The position numbers and the translations under genes are program-made. From NCBI GenBank assembly GCA_964016885.1, contig OZ024741.1:378820001-378884000 (forward strand): a DNA stretch of 64,000 nucleotides, written 5' to 3'. The notes under the pieces are model-generated. The model had not been told where the DNA came from, did no database searches, and saw only the letters and a program-made list of their open reading frames with translations. Of this stretch, positions 1-12,738 are shown piece by piece. Position 1 is the stretch's first letter; every line of letters begins with the position of its first letter. The stretch is from Eledone cirrhosa. Its lineage: Eukaryota.

Positions 1-560
1 CCAAAAAAACATTGACGAAATTCCAGAAGTAATAGACCTCACTGACGGCAGCCAACTCACCGTTATCGTCGAGCGCAGAAGGCCTGGGTGTGTCGTTTGT
101 GGTGAAGGAACCCACCTACGGGCTTTCTGCCATCAGGCTAAAAGGTTGAGGCCACCTCTCTTACCCACCCCAGTGACTCAACTATCAACACCACCAGCAG
201 CATAAATGGCAGCAACAACAGAAGCCACCATCCACACCAGCATCACCAAACCCATCACCACAAATACCAACACCATCACCGTCATTAACTCCAACACCAC
301 CATCACCAACACCACAAAAGTCATCAAAAAGCGTAACAGAAACAAACCCACAACAAACGCAAACAAAACAAAACAACCAAAACGACACTGAAACAAAAAT
401 TCCCCAAAGATATCGGAGACTTCCGACAAACACTCTCCAGGACGATTTATAAGGACATCCTTCTGGAGGAGGCCACAAGCAGTGAAAAGGATGGACAAAC
501 CATCCTTCCTCTACGAGAAGTAAGGTAAGTGGTCTTTCCCATCTTTTCCACTCCATTTCA
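1..560 (+). pseudogene. ORF1 3' part (gag-like zinc knuckle plus Thr/Pro/Lys-rich tail)
   Basis: 89-130 translates as CVVCGEGTHLRAFC (CX2CX4HX4C); stops downstream. Confidence 0.75.
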
Positions 561-562
561 AC

Positions 563-3500
563 ATGACCTCACTCAGAATAGGCAGCATAAATGCGCGTGG
601 CTTGGGGTCGTCATGGAAGCAGGGCCACCTCCTCAACGACCTCAGGACACTAAACATAGATGTAGTGGCCATCAGCGAGACTAGAATCTCCGAAGCACGG
701 GCCTTCGCACCGATCTTCGGCGGCTACGATGTGTATGCATCTCCTAGCCGTCCGGGATCGGGGGTGGAGTCGCTGTGCTTTTTCGGAGAGGTTTGGATCT
801 CGCCATACGGGCCATCTTCCTGGAGCCAGAACGTAAGTTGGTGGTGCTGGACGTGACGAGCGGAGACGGGCAAGCTTTCAGGCTAGTGGCCGTCTATGCC
901 CCGACAGGAGCAGGGCGGCCTGATTGCTTCCGGTGTCTGGAGACCTTTCTTGGAACGTCCCGATCGTTAGTGTTAGTGGGCGACTGCAACGGGATATTAG
1001 ATGCACGCTGGGACAGTGTGGGATCAGCGGATAGGGGAGGAGGGTGTAAGAGCCTCACCACCCTGCTCAGGCGTTTTGAACTGTCTGACAGGTAACGATT
1101 GGATTTCCCGCATGTGCCACTATGGACTTGGACAAATCGCATAGGGTCATCCAGATCATATCTAGATAGAGTATTTTGTAGGGAAATAGATAGGTCTAGC
1201 ATAGGCTGTCCACAATTTATGATAGTCAGCTACTCGGACCACAAATTATTAATCTGTGTGCTTGACTTAGACGGGATGTATAGACGAGGACCCGGCTACT
1301 GGAAGCTAAACGCGTCCATACCAGCGCGCAAGGCCTACAGAGACCGCATTAGCGAACTAGTTAAGCGCGCGTTGACAGAGGCCATAGTCAACAACAAGTG
1401 GTGATTTTCTCTGAAAAAAGCAATTATAATATAGTCCATTAGGTTCAGTAAGGCTTTAGCAATAGAGAAAAATAGAGCAGAAGAAGAATTAGTTAGAAAA
1501 TTAGACGAGGCGCTTAGCAAAGGCATCGCGACCGACGTACTTGCGGCGAAATTGGTCCTTGACCAATTCTTCAAGGCAAAGCACGAAGGCTGCGTTGTCA
1601 GAGCTAGGGTGCGTGCTCTCAGACACGAGGGGACGAAAGTCGTTCAATGGGCCCGAGTGGCGGAGGCGCGTCGTGGCAACAAAGACACGATCCGGTTTAG
1701 GTGGACCACGACGGGCGCATGCTACTCGATCCCGGGCAAATGTGTGAAGCTTTTCAGCGACACTTCGCTCAGCTGTTCGGGGGCAGCGGCAGGCCGCATC
1801 GAGGGATGGATTTTAGTGTCTACCTCGAAGGACTGCCGCAGCTCTCGGCCACTGAGGCAGAGTTTTGCGAAAAGTGGATAACAGCCGGTGAAGTACGGGA
1901 GTAAATGACTAGCTGCACAAGGGGTAAATCGCCTGGTTTGGATGGTCTGGCCTATGAACTTTACTTACAGATGCCATACTTGTTCGGAGGCCTCTTGGCG
2001 GACGTCTACTGCAACTGGCAACAGAACGGGAGAATTCCCAGCTCTGTGAGCCGAGGAGCTGTGGCGCTGCTGAGAAAGGATCCTAACAATGGGGATAACA
2101 TAGATAATTTCAGGCCCATAACTCTGCTAAACACAGAGTTCAAGATTTTGGGGCTTGTCGTTGGTGGTCCGGTGGGAGAGGCAGAGACGTGCGCCATTCC
2201 CGACAGCTCCATCCACGACAACCTCCACCTCATGCGATACATCGTAGAGAGAGTAGCTAGAAAACCGGGCACGGGTGGGTCCTTGATCAATTTAGATCAG
2301 TCGAAAGCTTTCGATAGGGTCGACCATCGTTACCTAGCGGCTGAGGGCGGCTGGTGGTTTTTAGGCCCGTCTTCAGAGGCTGGATGGCTGCCATGCACAG
2401 CGACATCTGCTCTGTGGGGAGAGTGAACGGTCACCTTTCGGAACCGTTCAACATCATGCGTTCGGTCCACCAAGGATGACCCTCTCGTCCCTCTTGTACG
2501 TATTGACTCTCGAGCCATTACTGCACAAACTGGAGACGTTGAGGGGGGTCCCGCGCGAACTAGGATGCGGAAGATCCGTGTCAGCATAAGCGCACGATGA
2601 CACCGTAGTGGTGTCGAACGCCACACATGGAGGCGATCGGCACTACACTAAGAGAATACGAAGCTGTGACAGGAGCAATGATCAACCAGGAAAAGTCAGT
2701 GGGCCAGCAGCTCGGCACCTGCAGAGGCCGGTCCATGCCGTCGAACAGCGTCGTCGGGCGCTGGACGGACGGACCGGTTAAATTGCTAGGGGTCTGTTTC
2801 TGTCCGGAGCTCCAGCCGGACAAAAACTGGGACGAGGTGACGAGCAGGGTGGCTTCTCTCACCCAGAAATGGGCGGAGAGGAAGCTATCCCTGAAAGGTC
2901 GAGCGGAGGTGGTTAACGCATACATCGATTCCGTCATCTACTACCGCCTGACCGTCGTACCTTGTCCTAAGCCCCGCCAGACTGCGCTGGAGCGTTGGTT
3001 CTTTCGCTTTTCGTGGAAGGGACGCGCTCCGATGGTCAGGCGGTCGATCTGCTGTCAACAAATAGCTACCTGAGGGCTGGTCATGGCGTGGCTGATGATG
3101 GGCAAACACGCGCTCAGACTACGACATCTTCACCTCTTCCTCGACGGTGATCAGGTGTGGTCGCCGTTTGCTAGACACGTCTTTCCCCAGCTCGTCTCCT
3201 TGACGGAGCCGCAGTCCTGGGTCAAGCCAAAACCGAGAGGGAGCGCTTGGAGACTGGAATGTCTTCAGGCGCTCACAGCCCTCACCAATCGGGCAATGTG
3301 ATCGGTTGAAACTCCACCTTGGCGTTCTATAGAGGATTAGTAGAGGGGAAGAGCGACGACGTACTTGGAGAAACTCTAGGCGTCGACGAAAATCAACTAG
3401 CCAATCTCTTCGAAGGACTTTCGGGCCGGGGCCTATGGACAACTTCCAGAAATCCCTGGCCTGGCAGTTCTACCGGGGAGCTTTGCCACTTCGGGATAAG

Positions 3501-3949
3501 CTCTACAGGCATGGAGGTGCAGTCAGCCGGCATGTCCGAGATGCGGGCAGGGTGACGAACCCGTCCTGCATGCACTCGTCCAGTGTCCGAGCATTTTTGA
3601 CTTGTGGGTTTATGTCGAACACCTGCTGTCACGTGTAGGACGGATCCAGCTATCAGCTGAGTCCATCGTGAGGATTGGCCCGCCCTCTTCCTTTAGCCGG
3701 GAAGGGCAGGCATTTTTTATCTGTCTGGTGGCCATGGCGAAAGAGATAGTATGGTGGACACATTTTAAAGGGCTGAAGACGAGCACTTACCTCTTCGGTG
3801 ATGCCTTGATTAACTTTTTCAAATTTGATTTGAAAAGGAATATCAGGCTAGAGAGGGAAGTGCTCTCTTCGCAGCATTTTGTTGAAAGAATGGTGAGAGA
3901 AGCAAGTATGGCCCGAGTGAATGGGCCTACTCTGAGTATGTGTCTGTAA
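563..3949 (+). pseudogene. ORF2 APE endonuclease-reverse transcriptase, many frameshifts and stops
   Basis: SINARGL, ISET, VYAP, GDCN, YLDR, SDH (APE); KSPGLDGL, FRPITLLN, DQSKAFDRV (RT); catalytic YADD decayed to A*AHD near 2585; CPRCGQGDEPVLHALVQC near 3530-3590. Confidence 0.9.
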
Positions 3950-4699
3950 ATTAATGGTGGAAGACTGGGAGAGGGCACTTGCCCTGGAGGTCAGGGTCAC
4001 TGTGGTCTTTTAATGGGCTTTCTCCACAAATGTCCCTCGGAAGCCTCCCCCCTATTGGGGAATTTTTCATTGTTATTTTTTTATTACATCCTCTGTTTTT
4101 TTTTTGCACGCAGAAATGCCCATTTGTACCGTCCTGTATTGTCTTGTACTGTCCTTAATGTCTACTTTATGTATACCCTTGTGGTTAATAAAGAAAGCAT
4201 TATTATTATTATTATTATTATTATTAATTGTTTTTATTTATTAGTTCATTTCCATTTTTAATAGAACTTCATTTTTTTTTTGACAAATATAAACCTCTTT
4301 CAAAAAATGACATTCAATCACCTTGTATTCTGTAATTCTTATTTTTATCTACGAATTATAAAATAAATACGAACTTTTGCCAAAATCGAACGCCTCCTTT
4401 ACACAAGCCCACAAACCACCCCAGACACCACAGAATATCAACTTATCATCTGTCTTTTGGTTTTCGTTATTTGAATCAAAAGAAGCTTCAAATAAATCTT
4501 TACCTGTTGCATTCCATTTACTGTCACAACCCCAACCACATGAATAAAATATCGAAGAAGAAAATGTTAGCAAAATTAGCTATTTGGTTAACAGGCAACA
4601 ACATAGGGAAACATAATTTTTAAAGTGTCCTTTAACATTATCTACCAATAATAACTGCTATTATTTCATACAGCTTAAATTCACTTATTGTAAGAACAT

Positions 4700-4775
<76 letters not shown>

Positions 4776-4820
4776 GATATTAATAAATGGAAACTATATT
4801 TATAAAACCATATTTATTTC

Positions 4821-4876
4821 ATTATACATATTTCGGGAATACCATATTAAATTATGGTATGCCTTCATCAGACAAA
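4821..4876 (-). ncRNA. Type I minimal hammerhead ribozyme
   Basis: CTGATGA, stem II (ATACCATA/TATGGTAT), GAAA-TATG-TA on the minus strand. Confidence 0.75.
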
Positions 4877-4931
4877 ATACAATATATAACAGTTTTACAA
4901 ATAGCTTTGACGTACCCTTTTAACGTACCCT

Positions 4932-5562
4932 ATTGCTAAACTATTCTTTAAAGCTCTTGACACACGCTTCCCTAGAACACGTAAATATTACTCAATTTTT
5001 AATAGACACACTTTAAAATTAACTTACTCGTCCATCAAAAATTTAGCACAAAATATTAATAGAATTAATAATAGGAATTTAAAACCTAACCTAAATACCA
5101 ATAATAACCCAAACAATATTCAATTAAATAACTGTAACTGTAGAAATAAATCTAACTGTCCGTTAAATAACAATTGATTAGCTAAACATGTAGTGTACAA
5201 TTGTAATGTTAAAACTAATTTAAATATCATTTAACTATGTTGGTTCCACCTCTACAGAATTTAAATTTCGCTTCAATAATCATCAGAATTCTTTCACAGA
5301 TCCAAACAAAAAATCTTCAACTTCGCTATCTAGCCTACTATGGGACCTAAAACGAGATAAAATTAAATATTCGATGAATTGGAATATTATTTCAAAAGCT
5401 ACTCCTTTTAATTCCTCTTCAGAGAATTGTGATCTTTGTATTGAAGAAATATTATTTTTATTAAAGTCCAAAAATTCCCTTAATCTAAGGAACAATTTAT
5501 TCAGTTGTTGCAGACATAGATTGAACTCAACGTTTAAATATAAATATAAATTTAAAATGTAG
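4932..5562 (+). pseudogene. PLE linker plus GIY-YIG endonuclease remnant
   Basis: IFNRHTLKLTYS, CNCRNKSNCPL, VVYNC...YVGST, FKFRFNNH, WNII, CDLCIEE, CRH. Confidence 0.85.
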
Positions 5563-7175
5563 TATAAATAATTAAGTAATTTTAGTTAATATATGGAACC
5601 TGTCGATAAATCATTAGATTCCTTCACCTTTTTCTTTTTAAACTTTCTTCCTAAATATAAACAAGGATATAATAAACTACTCTAAACTGTCTATACTTCC
5701 AATGTATTAAATAAAATATACGTAAGGTAAATGTCTATACTAAATATAAGGTTATCTGTAGAATCATTAGGTTTGTTTAAATCTTTTTTTAAATCTTTAC
5801 ATTATTTTTATTTATTTGTTTTGACTATGATAGCTTCTCATAACTTTCATATGTCTACCCTTTGATTGAGATATACGTAGGATAAATTTCTATACTAAAT
5901 ATATAAAACATATTATTTTAACTTAAGATACTCTATAGTGTTTTAAAGATATTTAATGCTTTGATATTTCTAGATTTCTTTTGTCTATACTGATATAGCT
6001 GAATTTCCAAAATATACTCCTTTGGTATTTTGAATTTATTTTGTTATGGTTATGTTTACAAGTTATAATCCTTTAGTAATATATTGATATTTGATTATCT
6101 CTATGCAAATGCATATGTGTATATTAACATGCATAAAAAGTGTTATAGATTTTTTTTTTGTGTCTATATATGTCTGTATATACATGAGTGATGCGTGACG
6201 ACGCACGCAAATATTTGTTTATACATATGTATGTGTATATATGTATGTGTATATATCTATGTGGTTGGGAGGTATGTTGCAGATATGCATAATATTAAAC
6301 ACATGAATGGTAATCGTATATATGAGGACATGAATGTTAATCGTATATATTTGTATATATATACTGTGAAATTTTTATAACACAAAGAATGTATAGCAGT
6401 GTTTAAGAGAAATCATTTCCGTTTTGTATGGCTATATTGTTGGCTTGAGTTAAACATAATTTCTATTTTGAGGACGTGCGTATCTATATGTATATATATA
6501 TATATACATATATATTTGTATGTCTTTGCATAAAATACTGATCTCTATAGCAAGGGTACATTTTGAACTCAGATTTTGATATATTGATCTCAAGTTTCTA
6601 AACTAAACATATAGTCATTATTGAACAATGTTTAATTTCTCATATTATATATCTATGTCTCATTCATGAATATTGATACTTATATTTTTATTATTCATTT
6701 CATATAAATTGTTAACTCAACTTAATATGACATGACGTAAAGTGTTCATTGTCCCCCCTCTCTCTATATAGTATTTCTCTCTCTTGAGTTTTTCTCTCTG
6801 TATGATGACTTGATATCTCTCTGTTGTTTTTCTTATTTCTTACTTTTCCTTCTTTTTTATTTTTTATTTTTTATTTTTTATTTCCTCCTATCTTTATTTA
6901 TCTCTTTCTTTTCTCCATACATTTCTCTCTCTCTCCGATATTTCTCCAGATTTTATTTCTTTCTCTCTCTCCGTCTTTGTTCTTTTCTCTCTCTCCGTCT
7001 TTTTTCTTTTTCTTTTTTTCTTTTTTCTTTATCTCCGTCTTTTTCTAATTGTGCTTAACACTATGACTTATTAAAACAATATAAACAATTCACTATCCAG
7101 ACAGCCTCTAAAATTAATGGTTGTATTTTAAAAGGGTACGTGAAAGCTATTTGTAAAACTGTTATATATTGTCTT

Positions 7176-7230
7176 TTGTCTGATGAAGGCATACCATAAT
7201 TTAATATGGTATCCCTGAAACATGTACAAT
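7176..7230 (+). ncRNA. Type I minimal hammerhead ribozyme
   Basis: ttg-t-CTGATGA-aggcataccata...tatggtatccct-GAAA-CATG-TA-caa; palindromic ACATGT stem III. Confidence 0.8.
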
Positions 7231-7364
7231 GAAATAAATATGGTTTTATAAATATAGTTTCCATTTATTAATATCGTATATCTACTCCAAAAACTTGTCG
7301 AGTGCTTTATATCAGTTATAAAAATATTTACTTGTTGTAACCCAACAACTTTAAATAGAACTTT

Positions 7365-7436
<72 letters not shown>

Positions 7437-7544
7437 TAAACGGAAAAGAAAATGCTGACAAATTGTTCCCAGTGAAAAATAGTTTAATTAGGAATAAGTA
7501 AAAATTCGTAATAGTATTGGTTAGAATTCAGTTTTGGTTTTAAG

Positions 7545-7580
7545 TTTCACCGGTTGCGCATCTCTAATGCTTTTCAAAAT
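7545..7580 (-). ncRNA. Degenerate HHR-like motif (U3-A8 core)
   Basis: TTGAAAA-GCAT/ATGC-GCAA-CCGG-TG; GAAA changed to GCAA. Confidence 0.45.
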
Positions 7581-7834
7581 AATTTTGATATAGAGCGCCC
7601 GTGATGTTTGCTCTAATCTGATTAGTTTTGGAAATTCTACCTGTTTTATGTGAAAAAAGTGACTTCAGATGTATTAAAATAAGTTTCGCGCCAATTCGTG
7701 TTGCAAAAATGTTTGTGGTCAAAACAATTTTGATTGGTCGGTAGAGGTCATGTGAATGTTAAAAAGTGATTTTGAACCAAAAGTAGGTTTGTGTCGGCTG
7801 ATTGAGAAGTCACTGAAAAATGCCTATTAAGACA

Positions 7835-7874
<40 letters not shown>

Positions 7875-8175
7875 TGTGTGTGTGTGTGTATGTGTGTGTG
7901 CGCGTGTGTGTGTGTGTGTGTGTGTCTGTCTGTGTGTATGTGTGTGTGTGCGTATGTATGTGTGTGTGTGTGTGTGTGTGCGTAGCAGAGTAATTCATGG
8001 TAGATGGATGGTCAGCAGGAATGTGTCTGTACGTGTGTGGGGGATATTTTAACATGTTAAAAGATATTTTTCAGCTTTTGAATTATACGGAGAAGTGTGT
8101 GTGTGTGTGTATATATATGTCTCTTTGTATGTTAATGTACGCGTGTGTATGTGTGTGTGTATATATATGTGTGTT

Positions 8176-8216
<41 letters not shown>

Positions 8217-8734
8217 ATATATGTGTGTGTGTGTGTATATATATATGTGTGTGTGTGTGTGTGTATGAGATTGTGTGTGTGTGTGTGTGGGTGGAAAAGT
8301 ATTATTGTGATACTGGTAAAAATGGTGTACATTATTCGATATTTTCAGTAAAAATGATTATCTCAATAGAACATCAAAAACATTAATAATAAAAGGTGTG
8401 AAATGATATATAGTATTGGCATAATAACAAAGTGTGTGTGAGTGTCCAGATTGTACGTACTGCAAGGGGAATCCATTAGGCCTTGACGTATTGGAATACT
8501 TGTGTACAAATATGTATGTGCCCATCAGTGTGCAATGCATGTGTGCGTTTATGTATGTGTGTGTGTCGGCACGGTTATATCTATAGACATCAAAACTATG
8601 AAAATGTGTGTATATTTGTGTTGCACCATAGAACATGTGTGTTTACGTATGTCATTGTGTTTATATGTGGATAGAGATGTATGCTGATGTAGGTATGTAT
8701 GTTGACGTGTGTATGTTGTGGGTTCGTCTTAGGG

Positions 8735-11700
8735 AGAAGTGTTGAGACAGGGTCCGTATTTGTTAATAAAGTGAGATTCCTTGCTGATGCGTTGGGTGTG
8801 GGTGGCATTATCTTTAAATTTGTAGAGGGGAAAGATTCTGAAGTTGGGATGATTTTGGGCGGCACAGGTATCAAATTGTTCACTCAATGGTATTTTCCTC
8901 TATTCCCGTATTTTAATTTGGGATCTATGGACAGTCATGCGTTGGCGGAGGCTGTTTTTGGTCTGGCCTATGTATTGTTCTCGACAACCTGAGCAAGTTA
9001 ATACATATATTAGATTTTATGATGCGCATGTGAAATTTTGTTTTACTATAAAACGTTGTCCTTCTTTGAAATAGAATTCCGAACCCTCTATTAGGTTGGG
9101 TCTATCGCATTTGTTTACTGTGGGTTTCGTTGTTGTGGTTGGCAGTACTTTGGCATGTGTTAGGAGGTTATTCATTGACTTGGATGGTCTTTTGCTCTTT
9201 ATGATATCGTGTGTTCGTAGCATTTGGTTCATTCTATTTTCCTTTTTCAATACAGGGATCTTCTGGAGGATGGTGTCAAAGGCCTCATTGTTGAGGGGGT
9301 TGTGTGAGGAGATGTATGGAAGAGATTTTAGTTTCGGTTGATTTACTTTAGGGTGTCTAAGGTTCTGGGTACTGAGTTTAGGGCACGTTGGATGCCATTG
9401 TGAATTAGTGATACAGGGTAGTCCCTGCCTATGAGTGTGTCCTTTAGTTCTTGTAGCCGTATGTAGCAGGTGTTTTTATTGGAGACTATAGTACAGATTC
9501 TCTTGGTTAAGTTGTAGGGAATATCAATTTTAAGATGTGTAGGGTGGCAAGAGTTGAAAGGAAGATATTGCTTGGAGTCTGTGGGCTTGTAGTATATGTC
9601 TTTTTCTATTTTTTTGTTATGGATCTTAATGAGGATGTCGAGGAAGGGGAGTTGTTGATGGCTGTATTCCATCGTGAAGGTAATATTCGTGTTTAGCCCA
9701 TTTATAAGGGTGTGAAATTCTTTAAGTTTCTCGATGTTTTCGTGCCAAAGGATGAAGCAGTCATCTAGATATCGCTTCCAGTTCCTTTCTATGTGTAAGG
9801 GGAGAGTGTTTCCAAATTTGTTTAGGACTTTACTGTAAAGGGTGATTTCCGGGTATCCCATGACTAGGTTGGCATAAGTGGGGACTGTTTTCGTTGCCAT
9901 AGCGGTCCCAGATTTCTGCCTGTCGGGTTTGTTATTGAAAACGAAGTAATTGTTCTCCAAGATAAATTTGAGTCCCTCTATCACGAATTCTTTTTTGATG
10001 CGTTGTGGGAATTCATTTTGGCAATTATCCAGCCATAATTGGATAGCTTCTATTCCTAGGTTGTGGGGATGTTGGAGTATAGTTTGATTACATCGAACGT
10101 CACGAGTAGGGTTTGTTCAGAAAGAGGCGTATTAGGGAGGTGATTGAGCATTCTAGGTCGTCCCTTATATAGCTTTTGATGTGCTTGAGGAAGGGTTTGA
10201 GAAGGGTATCAATGAAGTTGCTAAGACGGTGCGTTTCGCAAGCGGGGCCTGCTATTATATGTCTTAATTTGAGATCATTGGGTGAGGGGACATTGATGAC
10301 TATGTCTGTGTCTTCCTTGCATGCCTTACTTATTAATTCGCTTTTATGTACTTTAGGGATACTGTAGAAAAGGCTGGATTTACTTGTGAAGTCTGTGGTG
10401 AAGCTGAATTCCTTGTTAGTGAGTCCTTCTTTGTATTGGTTGATCAGAGTCTTTAGGTTTCTCATAATTTTCTCTTGCTTGTAATGTTCAGCCTTTTCGT
10501 AGTATGTTTGGTTTTCCAAAGTGGAGGGCGCTAAGTTGATATAGAATTCTGTCTCCATTAGGACTACTGTACTCCCTTTATCAGCCTCTTTAATTGTAAT
10601 GGTTCTGTCGGTGCTTTATCTATTTAATTATTCCCATTCTTTCTTGTTGAGGTTTGGCTTGTGTTTTTGTCTGTGCAAGTGTTGGTAAGGGAAGTTTATG
10701 ATGTGTTCACAGAATTCGTCCAGGATTTTATTACTACCTTTTGATGGTGTGTAATTGCTTCTATTTCTGGCTAATGATTCATCATCATTGTACTGGTCGA
10801 ATAGTTCTTCACTGAGTCGTAACTTACTACAGAAGTCTGTGATGTCTTCCTTCATTTCATAGTAGTTAGGACATAGTGGGGTCGGTGTGAATTTAAGACC
10901 TTTGGAGAGTAAGTTGATAAGGTTGGGTGTTGGTTCTGCAGTAGTTAGATTGATCATTTTTATTACTCTCGGTTTCTCCTCCCTGACTTGTGTTATTTTG
11001 TTTGCCTGTATCTGTGTGCTGTGTCTAAAAAATGGTTGGGGTAGAGGGGTTGTCTGCTGATGTTAAGTGGTCTCCTGTGTTTGTTATATTCCTTGTTGTT
11101 GTAAAATGTGGTTCGGGTTCGTGGTTGTAGATTGAATGGGGTGTTCCTGTATTGCGAGTATAGATGTGTGTTTCTATGTGCCATGTTGGATTGTGGTGTT
11201 ATAGGTGGCCTACGTTGTTGGTTTATCGTGTGGTGTGGGTTTGTTGTGTATTGTGGAACCGAGAGTTGAGAAAAGGGAAATTACCTTGCTGTCCCCTTGA
11301 AGCGGGGAAGTTGTTACATCTATCATGGTGGTGGTATCTTTTCCCTATGTTTGAGATCTTCTCTACCTTGGGGCCTTCAGTTTTATTGTTGATTTCCAGG
11401 AGGATCTCTTCATCTATGGGTTTTTTTTCCTCATTTGTCTGGGCCCTCAATTTAAGAAGTTCAATTTATGTCTTCATTTTTTCCCATGCCATTCTTTCCC
11501 TAAGGTGTCTTTGAGATTCGGTTTCATTTGGAATGGACTTTATTTGTATTTTACGGGGGAGAGTTAGAGGGGTTGAGTTAAGCCATTTTTCATATATCTC
11601 CGCTTTGTTGTGATTTTGTATCATCTTCCAGAATGAGAACTTTCTGTCTCTGAGGGATTTGTTCCATTTTGGAATTGTTCGAATTTTCATTTTGTATGAA

Positions 11701-11800
11701 TCAATCTCACATGGTTCTTCGTTGGTGTTTTCTGGGTTGGTAGTAGTGAACATAGTTTGGATAGTATCGCAAAGGTTTTGAAGGTTATCGCCGATTTCAG
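8735..11800 (-). pseudogene. PLE RT plus GIY-YIG polyprotein, frameshifted
   Basis: LSKGLKFTPTP, ADKG, PKVHK, GTAMATKTVPTYANL, WKRYLDDCF, LPFLD, YYKPTDS; endonuclease FTCAS*NLIYVLTCSGCREQYIGQT near 9030-8960. Confidence 0.9.
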
Positions 11801-11976
11801 AGGGTTTGTATCCGGTGACGGTTTCCTAGTTTGTGGAGTCAACTTTGTCGACCAGCACATATAGGTTGGTGTTAATTTTCTTGGTGTTAAAATATCCCCT
11901 ACACACGTACAGACACATTCCTACTGACCATCCCTCTACCACGAATTACTCTGCTACACACACACACACGCACACG

Positions 11977-12021
<45 letters not shown>

Positions 12022-12026
12022 ACACG

Positions 12027-12099
<73 letters not shown>

Positions 12100-12474
12100 T
12101 TGTCTTAATAGGCATTTGAACTGTCAACAGGCTGCGGTTCGCACACACATCCCTGCTGACCATTATCACAGCAACGAATCGCTTTACTACTACTACTAGT
12201 ACACACACTCACACATATTTGTTTTGAAAGACTTATTTTTCAGTTACTTCTCATCAGCCGACACAAACCTACATTTGGCGCAAAATCAAATTTTAACGTT
12301 CACATGACCTCTACCGACCAATCAAAATTCTTTTGAGCACAAGAATTTTTGCAACACGAATTGGCGCAAAACTTATTTTAATACATCTGGAGCCACTTGT
12401 TTCACATAAAACAGGTAGAATTTCCAAAACTAATTAGAATATAGCAAACATCACGGGCGCTCTATCTCAAAATT

Positions 12475-12510
12475 ATTTTGAAAAGCATTAGAAATGCGCA
12501 ACCAGTAAAA
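12475..12510 (+). ncRNA. Degenerate HHR-like motif (U3-A8 core)
   Basis: TTGAAAA-GCAT/ATGC-GCAA-CCAG-TA-aaa. Confidence 0.45.
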
Positions 12511-12689
12511 CTTAAAACCAAAACTGAATACTAACCAATACTATTTCTAATTTTTACTTATTCCTAATTAAACTATTTTTCACTGGGAACAATTTGTCAG
12601 CATTTTCTTTTCCGTTTACGAATATATATATATATATATATATGAAATATATGAAATATAAGAATCAAAGAACTGTTCAAAACATTATT

Positions 12690-12738
12690 GTGCTTACAGC
12701 TGTTTCCTCCAAACCGAGGTTTGGATTCTTCGGAGCAA
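12690..12738 (-). ncRNA. Type I HHR, CCGAAGA core variant
   Basis: Inverted copy of 14988-15036. Confidence 0.65.

Larger units (their letters stand above)
1..4225 (+). mobile_element. Tx1/L1-clade non-LTR retrotransposon, decayed (5' end outside window)
   Basis: End of ORF1 with CCHC knuckle, then ORF2 fragments with APE, RT and C-terminal Cys motif; AATAAA near 4187 followed by a (TAT)n tail at 4199-4225. Confidence 0.92.
4773..7367 (+). mobile_element. 5'-truncated PLE (Hydra-type): inverted pLTR piece, GIY-YIG remnant, long AT-rich 3' pLTR
   Basis: 4773-4923 is the reverse complement of 7128-7280; endonuclease remnant between them; (TA)n on both sides. Confidence 0.85.
7432..12622 (-). 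mobile_element. PLE A (Neptune-like), near full length, with inverted pLTR piece
   Basis: RT and GIY-YIG on the minus strand; 7432-8053 is inverted at 11885-12622; (TA)n flanks. Confidence 0.9.
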
